DNA of 64,000 nucleotides from Bacteroidota bacterium (GTDB taxonomy: Bacteria > Bacteroidota > Bacteroidia > Cytophagales > Cyclobacteriaceae). The notes below the pieces were generated by a model. The model was given only the letters and a program-made list of their open reading frames with translations. It was not told where the DNA came from and did not search any database. A program made the position numbers and the translations under genes. How positions within the stretch are numbered: the first letter of the stretch is position 1; every line of letters begins with the position of its first letter. The stretch covers positions 9,081 through 73,080 of the forward strand of contig JABDGP010000001.1 in the NCBI GenBank assembly GCA_013285945.1, written 5' to 3'. This document shows positions 51,371 to 60,757 of this stretch, in pieces.

Positions 51371-52720
51371 TTAATGCCGGTGTGCTTCGGCTAGTCTTTT
51401 GAATTCTTCAAGGCTAACTCCTTTTTCGGCAATGGTGATGTTTTCTTTAATCACACCCAATATCTTATCGTGACGTAGCTGGTTGTACGTGCGCATGTAA
51501 TTTTCGCCTTTGCCGTCTTTGCCTGCCAAATAGTTGGTTACAATGCCGTCAAATTTGTCGCCCAATTGTTCGGCAATAGCCGGCCCGCCAAATTGTTCGA
51601 GAATTACAAGCTTAGCTTTCTCTCGCACTTCGGCTTCTTCAATTTTAATTTCCTTGTCTTCGGCAATTTTATTCTTTACTAAATCCCACTTGATCGAATC
51701 ACGATAGGATTTGAATTCTTTCTCGAGCACCTCGTCAGTAACTTGTCCTTCGCTGGTAGCCTTCAACCAGGTTTTTAAAAAACCTTCGGGCATGTTAATC
51801 TTGGTATGATCAACGTAATAATGCTGAATCTCGTGCTCCAACAGGTGCTGAGTTTCGCGCTCATAATTCCCAGCGATTGTCTCCTTTATCTTGTTTAGAA
51901 AACCCTCTTCGGTGGTAACGGCATCTTTGCCAAAAACCTGATCAAACAATTCTTGGTTGATTTGTACAGGCTCGATCCGGCTGACATTGGTGACTTTGAA
52001 AGTATGGGATCCGGTAATTTTTTTAGCTTCTTCTTCGGCTACATTGAGCAGTTGAGAAAGAGCCTGAGGATCGGTTATCGTTTTCTCTACTTCAAACTCC
52101 ACTACATCGTCTTTTTTAAGGCCGATGAATTTTTTCTGCTTGGATTTTTCAACCTGATCGATTCGGAGATAAGACCCTTGCTTTTCTTCACTTCCTGGTT
52201 TAGAGATTTCACCAAACAGATTATCGCCGGCTTCGCTCACGTCAGGATTGGTACGCTTGCAGTACCTGCGCTTGATATCCTCAAGCGTATCATCCATAGT
52301 TTTTTGATCTACTTCGATAGGATGGGAGGTGACTTTCACCTTTTTGGAAAGATCAACTGTGAAATCTTCTACCAGCCCAATTTGAAATTCAAACTCAAAA
52401 TCCTTTTGGAAATCCCAGTCGATAGTCCTGGCTTTTTCTTCATTTGGCAACGGATCGCCTAATACACGGAGCTTATTGTCGCGGATGTAATCAGAAACTG
52501 AATGCGAGATGAGGTGATTCACTTCATCAACCAAAATACCCTTGCCGAACATTTTTTTGATTACGCCCATAGGCACTTTGCCCTGACGGAAGCCTTTGAT
52601 ATTGGCTTTGCGGGCATAGTCTCTTACTTTTTCCTCTACCTTGGGCTGGTAGTCGCTTTCTGTCAATTTTATTTTGATCAGGCCATCAGTGGCGCTCTGC
52701 TTGTCTAATGTAATGTTCAA
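51371..52720 (-). CDS. tig: Trigger factor
   Basis: Ribosome-binding GFRQGKVP; upstream of clpP-clpX; TTG start. Confidence 0.93.
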   Translation of the reverse strand: MNITLDKQSATDGLIKIKLTESDYQPKVEEKVRDYARKANIKGFRQGKVPMGVIKKMFGKGILVDEVNHLISHSVSDYIRDNKLRVLGDPLPNEEKARTIDWDFQKDFEFEFQIGLVEDFTVDLSKKVKVTSHPIEVDQKTMDDTLEDIKRRYCKRTNPDVSEAGDNLFGEISKPGSEEKQGSYLRIDQVEKSKQKKFIGLKKDDVVEFEVEKTITDPQALSQLLNVAEEEAKKITGSHTFKVTNVSRIEPVQINQELFDQVFGKDAVTTEEGFLNKIKETIAGNYERETQHLLEHEIQHYYVDHTKINMPEGFLKTWLKATSEGQVTDEVLEKEFKSYRDSIKWDLVKNKIAEDKEIKIEEAEVREKAKLVILEQFGGPAIAEQLGDKFDGIVTNYLAGKDGKGENYMRTYNQLRHDKILGVIKENITIAEKGVSLEEFKRLAEAHRH

Positions 52721-52788
52721 GGGAATTGGATTTAAAAGTTAAATAGATGCCCTTTACCATTGGCAGGTATCGGGCAAAAAACTAAAAG

Positions 52789-52870
52789 TGCGCATGGAGG
52801 GACTCGAACCCCCACGCCTTTCGGCACCAGATCCTAAGTCTGGCACGGCTACCAATTACGCCACATGCGC
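52789..52870 (-). tRNA. tRNA-Leu (anticodon TAG), CCA not encoded
   Basis: Minus strand: acceptor GCGCATG/CATGCGC, discriminator A, anticodon arm CCAGA-CTTAGGA-TCTGG, long variable arm GCC-GAAA-GGC, T-loop GGTTCGAGTCC. Confidence 0.97.
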
Positions 52871-52954
52871 CTAAAACTATTCCGGCAAGGCCATCGTCCG
52901 AAGTATCGGATATGCTATTTACGCGGAAAAGCCCCTTTTTTGTGAAAGGGAGCG

Positions 52955-52962
52955 CAAATTTA
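52955..52962 (-). promoter_or_regulatory. -7 promoter box for tRNA-Leu / tig
   Basis: TAAATTTG on minus strand, about 85 nt upstream of the tRNA. Confidence 0.65.
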
Positions 52963-52973
52963 GAATATTTGGG

Positions 52974-53546
52974 TCATTTCCGGTATTTCCGATAAAGAAT
53001 TCCAAAAAATCCTTTCTTCATTATATAATTGAACTGGTCATTCACCTCATATTTCTTTTCCTTCCATGTCGTTTCGAAGGTGTATTCACGGCCTTCGGTA
53101 GTTTTTACTTTATAATGAATAGTAATCACCTTATTGCCCGACCGATCTTTGCCTATAACAATGCCGTCAACGGTTTCTTCAATCTGCTCTCCGATTTTTA
53201 CATTCATAAACATAATTATCCCTTCCAGCGGAGGGTACACCAGAAGGCAGCAGACGATTATTGCTGAAATGAGCGCTTTGAATGATTTCGCTGCGAGTGC
53301 TCCGATCGCTACTACTACAAGGAGCGGGATGAAGATGAAGTAGGTGATGGTATCCAGCTGACCCTCTTCTTTAAACATAAATTCACCGTCATAAAAGGTA
53401 AAGAAAAGCCACGACAGGACGATCAAAATAACCAGTACTAGTGCTGCGACACGGGTTCTTTTGTCGGTCGGGGTTGCTGTTTCTATAGCAACTTTCTGTT
53501 TCGGTTTACGAAGGTATTTTTTCAAGTTTGGAAGATAAAATTGCAT
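52974..53546 (-). CDS. Hypothetical membrane protein
   Basis: 190 aa, three TMs plus small C-terminal beta domain ending KGFFGI. Confidence 0.7.
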   Translation of the reverse strand: MQFYLPNLKKYLRKPKQKVAIETATPTDKRTRVAALVLVILIVLSWLFFTFYDGEFMFKEEGQLDTITYFIFIPLLVVVAIGALAAKSFKALISAIIVCCLLVYPPLEGIIMFMNVKIGEQIEETVDGIVIGKDRSGNKVITIHYKVKTTEGREYTFETTWKEKKYEVNDQFNYIMKKGFFGILYRKYRK

Positions 53547-53625
53547 AAAAAATCCTGATACATGGAAATCTACTGCGGAATTTTAGACCTGAAATTTGTA
53601 TCTTGAAACACATAATTTTTTTATC

Positions 53626-55851
53626 GTGGTAGCAGACGCAGTAGAAGAGAAACGTGAGATTATTAACCGCTATCGCAGGTTGTTGCGCAAAGCGAAACCA
53701 GTACTGAAAGAAGGTGATGCCAAGCTGATCAAGCGAGCCTTTACGATTGCCATGGAAGCCCACAAAAACATGCGCAGAAAATCGGGCGAACCTTATATTT
53801 TCCACCCGCTTTCGGTAGCTGAAATCTGTGTAGAGGAGATCGGTCTCGGAACCACATCAATTGTTTCGGCATTGTTGCACGATGTGGTCGAAGACACCGA
53901 CATTCAACTTTCTGACATTGAGCGGACCTTTGGAAAGAAAATCACGAAGATCGTTGACGGCCTTACCAAAATCAGAGGTGTATTTGAGTACGGAACTTCG
54001 GCACAAGCAGAAAATTTCCGTAAGATGCTTTTCACGCTTAGTGAAGACGTGCGTGTAATTCTGATCAAACTGGCTGATCGTCTCCACAATATGCGTACAC
54101 TCGACAGCATGCCCCGCAACAAGCAGCTTCGTGTGTCTTCGGAAACGATTTATTTGTATGCGCCGCTGGCTCACCGGCTTGGTCTCAATGCCATTAAAAC
54201 GGAACTGGAAGATCTGTACCTGCGCTTTACTGATTATCCCACTTATCGCGACATCGCCAATAAAATTGACGAGACCAAAACTTCACGTAACAGATTCATC
54301 AAACAATTTGTGCAGCCGATCAAAGATGAACTTGACTTGCTGAAAGTAGAGTGTGAAATAAAAAGCAGACCTAAATCTATCTTTTCCATTTTTAATAAAA
54401 TGCGCAAGCAAAATATTCCCTTCGAGGAAGTCTATGATTTGTTTGCGATCAGAGTTATTATAGATACTCCGGTTGATCAGGAGAAAAATTTTTGCTGGCA
54501 AGTCTACTCCATCGTGACGGATTATTACACGCCTAACCCTGACCGGTTGCGAGATTGGATAAGCACGCCTAAGGGAAATGGTTATGAGTCGCTTCATACA
54601 ACGGTAATGGCCAAGAACGGCCAGTGGGTGGAGGTGCAGATTCGTACCAAGCGAATGGACGAAATTGCAGAGAAGGGTTATGCCGCGCATTGGAAATACA
54701 AAGACAATACCGCCAAGTATGAATCGAATCTTGAAAAATGGCTTGTTCGTGTGCGCGAAACTTTGGAAAAACAAGATCTCACCGCTCTGGAGTTTGTCGA
54801 CGACTTCCGTGGTAACTTATTTAATGAAGAGGTATTTGTGTTCACTCCGAAGGGTGAATTGAAAACACTTCCCAAAGGTGCCTCTGCACTCGATTTTGCT
54901 TTTGAGATTCACACGGACATCGGTGCAAAATGCATAGGGGCGAAGGTGAATCAGAAATTGGTACCCATCAATCACGTGCTCAAAAATGGTGATCAGATTG
55001 AAATACTTACTTCATCGAAGCAAAAGCCAAATGAAGATTGGCTGCGCTTTGTAATCAGCCCGAAAGCCAAAGCCAAGATCAAAGACCTGCTGAAGGAAGA
55101 CAGGCGAAAAGTGGCTGAAGACGGTAAGGAAATTTTACTGCGCAAGTTGCGCCAGATGAAGCTCGATGCCAACAGCCAACTGTTTGAGCAGATGCGTGAT
55201 TATTTTAAGGTGAGCTCGCAGCTCGAACTACTTTATAAATTTGGAAAGAATATTATCACTGTAAATGATCTCAAGAAATTTCAAGAATATAAACCGACTC
55301 ATTCTGCAAGGAATCAGTCGCAGGTTGAGACGCCTGGTGTAAACGAAATTGAAGAGCAGATCAAATCAAAAGGCCGCCAGGAGGACACCCTCTTGATTGG
55401 AGAGGACATGGATGTGGTGGAGTATAAGTTGGCCAAGTGTTGTACCCCAATTCCGGGTGATGAAGTCTTTGGATTTGTAACTGTGAGCGAAGGAATAAAA
55501 ATTCATCGCACCAATTGCCCTAATGCGCCTGAACTGTTGGCAAACCATGGCAACCGCGTTATCAAAGCCAAGTGGACGAGCCAACATGAGGTAGCATTCC
55601 TTACCGGACTTAAAGTTGTTGGCACTGACCGCGTTGGACTTATAAACGATGTGAGTAAAGTGATCTCAGAAGAATTGAAAGTGAATATGAGTTCTCTCTC
55701 ATTTAGAACTGATCCCGGAATTTTTAATGGCGAGATTATGCTTTATGTCAACGACACCCGCCATCTTGAAACGCTCATCAGTAAATTAGAAAAGGTTGAA
55801 GGTGTAGAGCAAGTAAGCCGCTTTGATAGCCGTGGTGAAAAAGCGATTTAG
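53626..55851 (+). CDS. relA: Bifunctional (p)ppGpp synthetase/hydrolase (long RSH)
   Basis: RKSGEPY, LHDVVED (intact HD), KLADRLHNMRT, PKGNGYESLHT, EVQIRT, TGS, CC and ACT domains; start uncertain (53596/53626). Confidence 0.93.
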   Translation: MVADAVEEKREIINRYRRLLRKAKPVLKEGDAKLIKRAFTIAMEAHKNMRRKSGEPYIFHPLSVAEICVEEIGLGTTSIVSALLHDVVEDTDIQLSDIERTFGKKITKIVDGLTKIRGVFEYGTSAQAENFRKMLFTLSEDVRVILIKLADRLHNMRTLDSMPRNKQLRVSSETIYLYAPLAHRLGLNAIKTELEDLYLRFTDYPTYRDIANKIDETKTSRNRFIKQFVQPIKDELDLLKVECEIKSRPKSIFSIFNKMRKQNIPFEEVYDLFAIRVIIDTPVDQEKNFCWQVYSIVTDYYTPNPDRLRDWISTPKGNGYESLHTTVMAKNGQWVEVQIRTKRMDEIAEKGYAAHWKYKDNTAKYESNLEKWLVRVRETLEKQDLTALEFVDDFRGNLFNEEVFVFTPKGELKTLPKGASALDFAFEIHTDIGAKCIGAKVNQKLVPINHVLKNGDQIEILTSSKQKPNEDWLRFVISPKAKAKIKDLLKEDRRKVAEDGKEILLRKLRQMKLDANSQLFEQMRDYFKVSSQLELLYKFGKNIITVNDLKKFQEYKPTHSARNQSQVETPGVNEIEEQIKSKGRQEDTLLIGEDMDVVEYKLAKCCTPIPGDEVFGFVTVSEGIKIHRTNCPNAPELLANHGNRVIKAKWTSQHEVAFLTGLKVVGTDRVGLINDVSKVISEELKVNMSSLSFRTDPGIFNGEIMLYVNDTRHLETLISKLEKVEGVEQVSRFDSRGEKAI

Positions 55852-55886
55852 ATTGCTTTCAGTTCAACTTTTTTTACCAATCGAAT

Positions 55887-57089
55887 TTATTTAGTTATCC
55901 AATAGGTAAGTCCGAAGGCAAATGACTGCGAACTTAATTTGTCTGTATTATTTGAAGGAATGAGTCCATTAGAGAATTCAATTCTTGCAAATAGATCAAC
56001 TTTATCAATTTTGACTCCGCCGCCAAAAATCAAACCTTGCTCGTAAGTTTTGACGTCTAATGCCGTAGTTGTTCCACTGCTTGTCGTCTGTCCCGATGAT
56101 GATAGAGCAAAACTGTTAGAAATACCAGCCAAAAGAAAGGGCACTGTTGTTGATTTCGAAACAAAGTTGTATCGGAATAACGTATTAAGACGTAAATAAC
56201 TGATCGAATAAGAAAAGTCCTGGTTGCCATAATAATAGGAATTAGAAGCAGATGTCGATATGCTCTTAAAGAGCAATTCATTTACGAGCGCTGAACTCTT
56301 ATCCTTTTTGGAGATCGCATAATTGGCAGCAGCTCCAAGTATCACACCGGTACTGCTACTATAGGTTTCGGAAACACCATTTACGTTGCTGTACTTGAAT
56401 GAGCTTGAGTTTACACCAAACAAAATACCCCATGACCAAGCGCCATTATCGATCGTACTTTTATCAATGACGCTGTTGTTTAACAGCCCGGAAGGACTGC
56501 ACGATGTGTAGTTAATTACTAAGTCCTGCAAGCTTTTGTGAGATAAAATGCAATGGTCTATTTTTTGTTGGATGCCAGAGCAATCGATCATATAATTGGC
56601 CAGTGTCCTTTTATAAATTTCATCCTTGAGTATTGCAAGTTGACCATTGACAGGCATTGTCTTTTCGTGTAGAACCAGCTCTTCGGGTTGATTATTTCCC
56701 TTTCTAATAAAATAATGCGATCCATATTCCGAATTTCTGAAATAATAGATGGCTATACCTTTGGCTTCAATAACAGTCTCTAAAAAGGCAACAATAGGTT
56801 CTGAGTATAGATTTTGAGTTTGGTTACTCTTGGAGATATCCAAAATCACTTTGAAGGAAGAATAATGCCCCCACTCATTGTCGTAAAAACTTGAGATATC
56901 AGAACTACTGTAAAGGTGATCCTGACCGGCGGCATCCTTAAATTTTATAGACTTAAATCTCTTACTCTCAATGGTAATACTTCCGCGGATCGTATCTCCT
57001 TTAGTGGTTACAACAAACTCGTTAGGCTTTGTCTGGCAAAAAGACAGGAAAGCAATGGCGGAAAACGTAAAACTTAAGAACAGCTTCAT
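55887..57089 (-). CDS. Outer-membrane beta-barrel (porin-like) protein with N-terminal soluble domain
   Basis: Signal peptide, VVTxKGDTIRG start, three-Cys helical linker, C-terminal amphipathic strands. Confidence 0.65.
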   Translation of the reverse strand: MKLFLSFTFSAIAFLSFCQTKPNEFVVTTKGDTIRGSITIESKRFKSIKFKDAAGQDHLYSSSDISSFYDNEWGHYSSFKVILDISKSNQTQNLYSEPIVAFLETVIEAKGIAIYYFRNSEYGSHYFIRKGNNQPEELVLHEKTMPVNGQLAILKDEIYKRTLANYMIDCSGIQQKIDHCILSHKSLQDLVINYTSCSPSGLLNNSVIDKSTIDNGAWSWGILFGVNSSSFKYSNVNGVSETYSSSTGVILGAAANYAISKKDKSSALVNELLFKSISTSASNSYYYGNQDFSYSISYLRLNTLFRYNFVSKSTTVPFLLAGISNSFALSSSGQTTSSGTTTALDVKTYEQGLIFGGGVKIDKVDLFARIEFSNGLIPSNNTDKLSSQSFAFGLTYWITK

Positions 57090-57267
57090 TTGGTAAGTAA
57101 TTGATTGATGTTAAAATTTCCGCAAACCTACCTCCGAGAAAACAAGTCGCAATGTCAATTTTGCATTAAATCTTACGTCAGAATATGATTGCATAGGTCA
57201 ACTCATATTCACTCTTTTAAATCGCCTCACGCCTTTTTTGCAAAAGGAATTTTGGGTAACTGGACAG

Positions 57268-58440
57268 TCAGTTCAAATTTTCGAGGTACTTATAGCCAGA
57301 TCCGGTATTCAGTAAAAGTATTTGCTCGTCCTTGCGAATCTCTCCGACGGCTAATAATTTTTTGAGTGCGGGCAAGAGAGCACCTCCCTCAGGAGAGACA
57401 AGCATTCCTTCGGTGGCAGCCAGTTCTTTTACACCCTGAATGATTTCGCTTTCAGAAACAGCAATTGCCCAGCCGTCAGTTTCATGTAGCACCCTTTGAA
57501 TCAGACGATGTGCAAACGGAAATGGAACTGCCAGACCATTAGCTATAGTAGATTCATAGTTTGATGCATTCTTAGAATTAAAGGCTTGGACAACAGGCTG
57601 GCAATTTTCAGATTGTACTGCGATGAATCTGGGTAATTTGTTGGCAATCCAGCCAGCCTCAATCATTTCATTAAACGCCTTCCACATTCCGATCAGGCCA
57701 GTTCCGCCACCCGTTGGGTACAATATTACGTCGGGCAATTTCCAATTCAGTTGTTCTGCAATTTCGTAGCCCAATGTCTTTTTACCTTCCAGTCTGTAGG
57801 GCTCCTTCATGGTTGAAAGGTCAAAGTAATTTCCTTCTTTGTTCAGTTCTGCTACTTTCTTGGCGCAATCGTTGATTAGCCCGTCGACCAGAATAAGAGT
57901 TGCCCCGAAGTATTGACACTCGCCCTGAAATGCTTTTGGAGTATGTCGCGGCATGACTACTGTGGCATTCATTCCTGCGCGAGCACAGTAAGCAGCCATT
58001 GCACCACCGGCATTACCAGCCGTAGGCACTATACAATCTCTTAGCCCCAGTTCTTTAGCTTTTGAAATCGCCATACTTAATCCCCGAGCCTTGAACGAGC
58101 CCGTTGGATTTTGTGACTCGTCCTTGATCAATAAATTCTGAAGATCAAGTTGAGTAGTGAGCCGATTCAGCTCTAACAAAGGAGTCCAGCCTTCGCCAAG
58201 TGTAATAATATTTTTTTTATTTAGTAAGGGGAGGACTTCTGCATATCTCCACATGGAGGAGTCTCTGGTATTGATAGATTCCTTATTCAACCCACGTAGT
58301 TGGTAATGACTGATCAATGGAGACTTTATACATTTCTCGCACGAGGCGTAGGTGTTGATCTGATTTGTTTGAAAGACCTTTTCGCAGGCGGAGCACCGTA
58401 AAAATGAGAATCTGGAAGTTTTTTCTTTCGTCGCTATCAC
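57268..58440 (-). CDS. Threonine-synthase-family PLP enzyme (fold type II)
   Basis: CxxC...CxxC N-terminus, MWRY, TLGEGWTPL, NPTGSFKARG (PLP Lys), TAGNAG, EGKKT, PTGGGTG, NTGSGYKY; GTG start. Confidence 0.88.
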   Translation of the reverse strand: MIATKEKTSRFSFLRCSACEKVFQTNQINTYASCEKCIKSPLISHYQLRGLNKESINTRDSSMWRYAEVLPLLNKKNIITLGEGWTPLLELNRLTTQLDLQNLLIKDESQNPTGSFKARGLSMAISKAKELGLRDCIVPTAGNAGGAMAAYCARAGMNATVVMPRHTPKAFQGECQYFGATLILVDGLINDCAKKVAELNKEGNYFDLSTMKEPYRLEGKKTLGYEIAEQLNWKLPDVILYPTGGGTGLIGMWKAFNEMIEAGWIANKLPRFIAVQSENCQPVVQAFNSKNASNYESTIANGLAVPFPFAHRLIQRVLHETDGWAIAVSESEIIQGVKELAATEGMLVSPEGGALLPALKKLLAVGEIRKDEQILLLNTGSGYKYLENLN

Positions 58441-58489
58441 AAATAAAGATTTAACAAACGAAAGTATCGGGATGGCTTCATGTTTTCCA

Positions 58490-58524
58490 ATGCCTAATAA
58501 TTATCCCTCATAACTTAATGTTAT
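58490..58524. promoter_or_regulatory. LysR-type operator in the 3' end of the lysR gene
   Basis: ATAAC-ttaat-GTTAT (58510-58524, T-N11-A) plus a degenerate site ATGCC-taata-ATTAT (58490-58504), upstream of the thrC-like gene. Confidence 0.7.
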
Positions 58525-59416
58525 AGTATGCTTTTGCAAACCGGATAAAGGCTTTGTTTAAATTATTGTTTGTGTCTCCAAGCCGCTGGATAAAAAAGAA
58601 TTGACGGGTAATGGTCAGACCCTGAATGTAAATTCTTACAAGCTCCCCGGAGTCAATTTCTTTTTTTACGGCTCGCATCGGCAAAAAACCTAAACACTCA
58701 TCGGCAAGGACAAAATTTTTGAGTGCCTCTGTTCCACCAAGTCGTAAGCTGATGTTCAGATCCGGCAGCTTTATTCCATGATCACTTAACTCTTGCTTCA
58801 GCGCAGACAAAGTCCCAGAGCCATGTTCGCGCAAAGCGACAGGAATTTCCTTTATTTTATTAATCGGAAGTTTAGGTTTTTTAGCCAGATAACTTCCAGC
58901 TGAGCAAACTGGAATTACTTCATCAGTAAGAAAAGGTTCGCTCATAACTCTTCCCATTTTCTTTTTACCCTCGACAATTCCAAGGTCGATTTCGTGATCA
59001 ATAATGGCCTTGATGATATTTTCAGAGTTTCGATTGAGCAAACTCATACTTACCTCGGGATGACTTTTTCTGAAACCCGATAGAACCGATGGAATAATAT
59101 AGAGGGCAACAGTAGTACTGGCACCCAACTTTAGCTCTCCTTTTATTCGCTGCTTGTTGTTGCGCGAGTAAAGTTCGAATTCCAATTGCTTTTCTATATC
59201 CTTTGCGCGGGTTAAATGCTCAAGCAAAACTGCACCCGATTCTGAAAGTGTAATTGAGTTACCTTTTCGTTCGAATAGGCTGACTTTATACTGATCTTCC
59301 AGTTGTTGGATATGACGGGTTACGGCTGGCTGGCTAATAAACAAAGTCAGGCTAGCCTTGGTAAAACTTAGTTGTCGGGCTACTTCAAGAAAAACTTTGT
59401 GCTTAAATGAAAGCAT
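58508..59416 (-). CDS. LysR-family regulator, CysL/YeiE-like
   Basis: HTH SFTKA..L.ISQPAVT..I..LE; effector domain GASTT, GIVEG, LREHGSGT, TEALK. Confidence 0.88.
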   Translation of the reverse strand: MLSFKHKVFLEVARQLSFTKASLTLFISQPAVTRHIQQLEDQYKVSLFERKGNSITLSESGAVLLEHLTRAKDIEKQLEFELYSRNNKQRIKGELKLGASTTVALYIIPSVLSGFRKSHPEVSMSLLNRNSENIIKAIIDHEIDLGIVEGKKKMGRVMSEPFLTDEVIPVCSAGSYLAKKPKLPINKIKEIPVALREHGSGTLSALKQELSDHGIKLPDLNISLRLGGTEALKNFVLADECLGFLPMRAVKKEIDSGELVRIYIQGLTITRQFFFIQRLGDTNNNLNKAFIRFAKAYYNIKL

Positions 59417-59446
59417 GATTTACATGAAGCCTGTAAGTCTGAGATG

Positions 59447-60727
59447 TCACTCGTTCTTGTAGACCACACCGTCTTTCATTACAAAAGTAACTTTGGTCAT
59501 CGTCGAAATATTTTTTGTGGGGTCTTCATCCACTGCAACGATGTCGGCCAATTTACCTTTTTCAAGAGAGCCCACTTTATCCCCCCATCCGATGATGTTG
59601 GCATTCACTTGCATAGCGCAAAGCAGTGCTTCGATGGCAGGCATACCTGCTTCCACCATGTAACCAAATTCCTTTGCATTATCTCCGTGCGGAAAAACTC
59701 CTGCGTCGGTGCCAAATGCAATTTTTACTCCGCGCTTGTATGCTTTTCCAAAATTATCCTGAATCTTCGATCCAATTTCCAAAGCTTTAGGCACAACCAG
59801 AGGATGATAGTATCCCGGGATCTTGGCGTACTCAGCCGCAGATCGACCTGCAATAATAGTTGGCACGTGGTAGGTTCCTTTCTGTTTCATCAAGTCCATC
59901 ACTTCATCGTTCATCAATGTACCATGTTCTATGGTCGTAATTCCTGCCAGTACTGCACGCTTCATCCCTTCAGCTCCGTGTGCGTGGGCGGCAGTTATCA
60001 TTCCATAATCTTTGGCTGTTTCAATAATTGCATTGACTTCTTCCTGAGTAAACTGTGGACCGCTACCATCTTTGGCAACACTCAATACTCCACCAGTGGC
60101 AGTAATTTTAATAAAATCTGAACCGTCTTTGTATCGCTGACGCACGGCCTTTCGTGCATCTTCAGGGCTGTTGATCACGCCTTCTCTCGGGCCTGGGTCT
60201 CCCATTAAATCTTTACGGCTTCCATTCGTGGGATCGGCATGACCACCAGTGGAAGCTATACTTTTGCCTGCAGTAAGTACGCGAGGGCCTGTAACGATTC
60301 CCTGGTTGATGGCATTGCGCAAGGAAATGTTTACTCCGGTACCGCCACAATCACGCACCGTAGTGAAACCCGCCATCAATGTTTTCTTTGCATAGACTGT
60401 TGATTGAAAAGCAACGTCTGCTTCATTTTGTGTAAAGCGTTTTACTAAAGCATCTTTGCTTGTTTCACTTTCCAGGTGAACATGCATGTCGATGAGACCT
60501 GGCATTACCGTCTTCTTACTTAAGTCAATGAGTTTATCATCTTTGGTTGGCTTTGTCAGGCCTTTGTCAACAGATGTGATTTTATTTCCTTCAACAACGA
60601 TAGTGACTTGCTGTTGTTGCTCCTTATTTTTTCCATCGATGAGTGAGCCGCAATGAATTAGCGTACGCTGGGCCTGACAGAAAAGCGCTGTCGAAAAAAC
60701 AAAAAGAAGGCTGAGTTTAGTTTTCAT
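59447..60727 (-). CDS. Exported metal-dependent amidohydrolase (Xaa-Pro dipeptidase-like)
   Basis: Signal peptide; PGLIDMHVH, GFTTVRD, GGHAD, IKITATGG, AHAHG, IEHG, FGTDAG. Confidence 0.88.
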   Translation of the reverse strand: MKTKLSLLFVFSTALFCQAQRTLIHCGSLIDGKNKEQQQQVTIVVEGNKITSVDKGLTKPTKDDKLIDLSKKTVMPGLIDMHVHLESETSKDALVKRFTQNEADVAFQSTVYAKKTLMAGFTTVRDCGGTGVNISLRNAINQGIVTGPRVLTAGKSIASTGGHADPTNGSRKDLMGDPGPREGVINSPEDARKAVRQRYKDGSDFIKITATGGVLSVAKDGSGPQFTQEEVNAIIETAKDYGMITAAHAHGAEGMKRAVLAGITTIEHGTLMNDEVMDLMKQKGTYHVPTIIAGRSAAEYAKIPGYYHPLVVPKALEIGSKIQDNFGKAYKRGVKIAFGTDAGVFPHGDNAKEFGYMVEAGMPAIEALLCAMQVNANIIGWGDKVGSLEKGKLADIVAVDEDPTKNISTMTKVTFVMKDGVVYKNE

Positions 60728-60757
60728 ATTCTTAAGTCTTAAGGAGTGTCCTGTTAT

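Noticed and set aside
52721-52974. tRNA-Leu as an integration site for a genomic island
   Set aside because: No integrase and no duplicated tRNA 3' end seen; the neighbour is the core gene tig.
51953-54875. Long antisense ORFs over tig and relA (e.g. 51953-52462, 54283-54774)
   Set aside because: Shadow frames of conserved genes with no recognisable motifs.
59444-60121. 225-aa plus-strand ORF
   Set aside because: Lies antisense to the amidohydrolase; His/Phe/Cys-rich composition typical of shadow frames.
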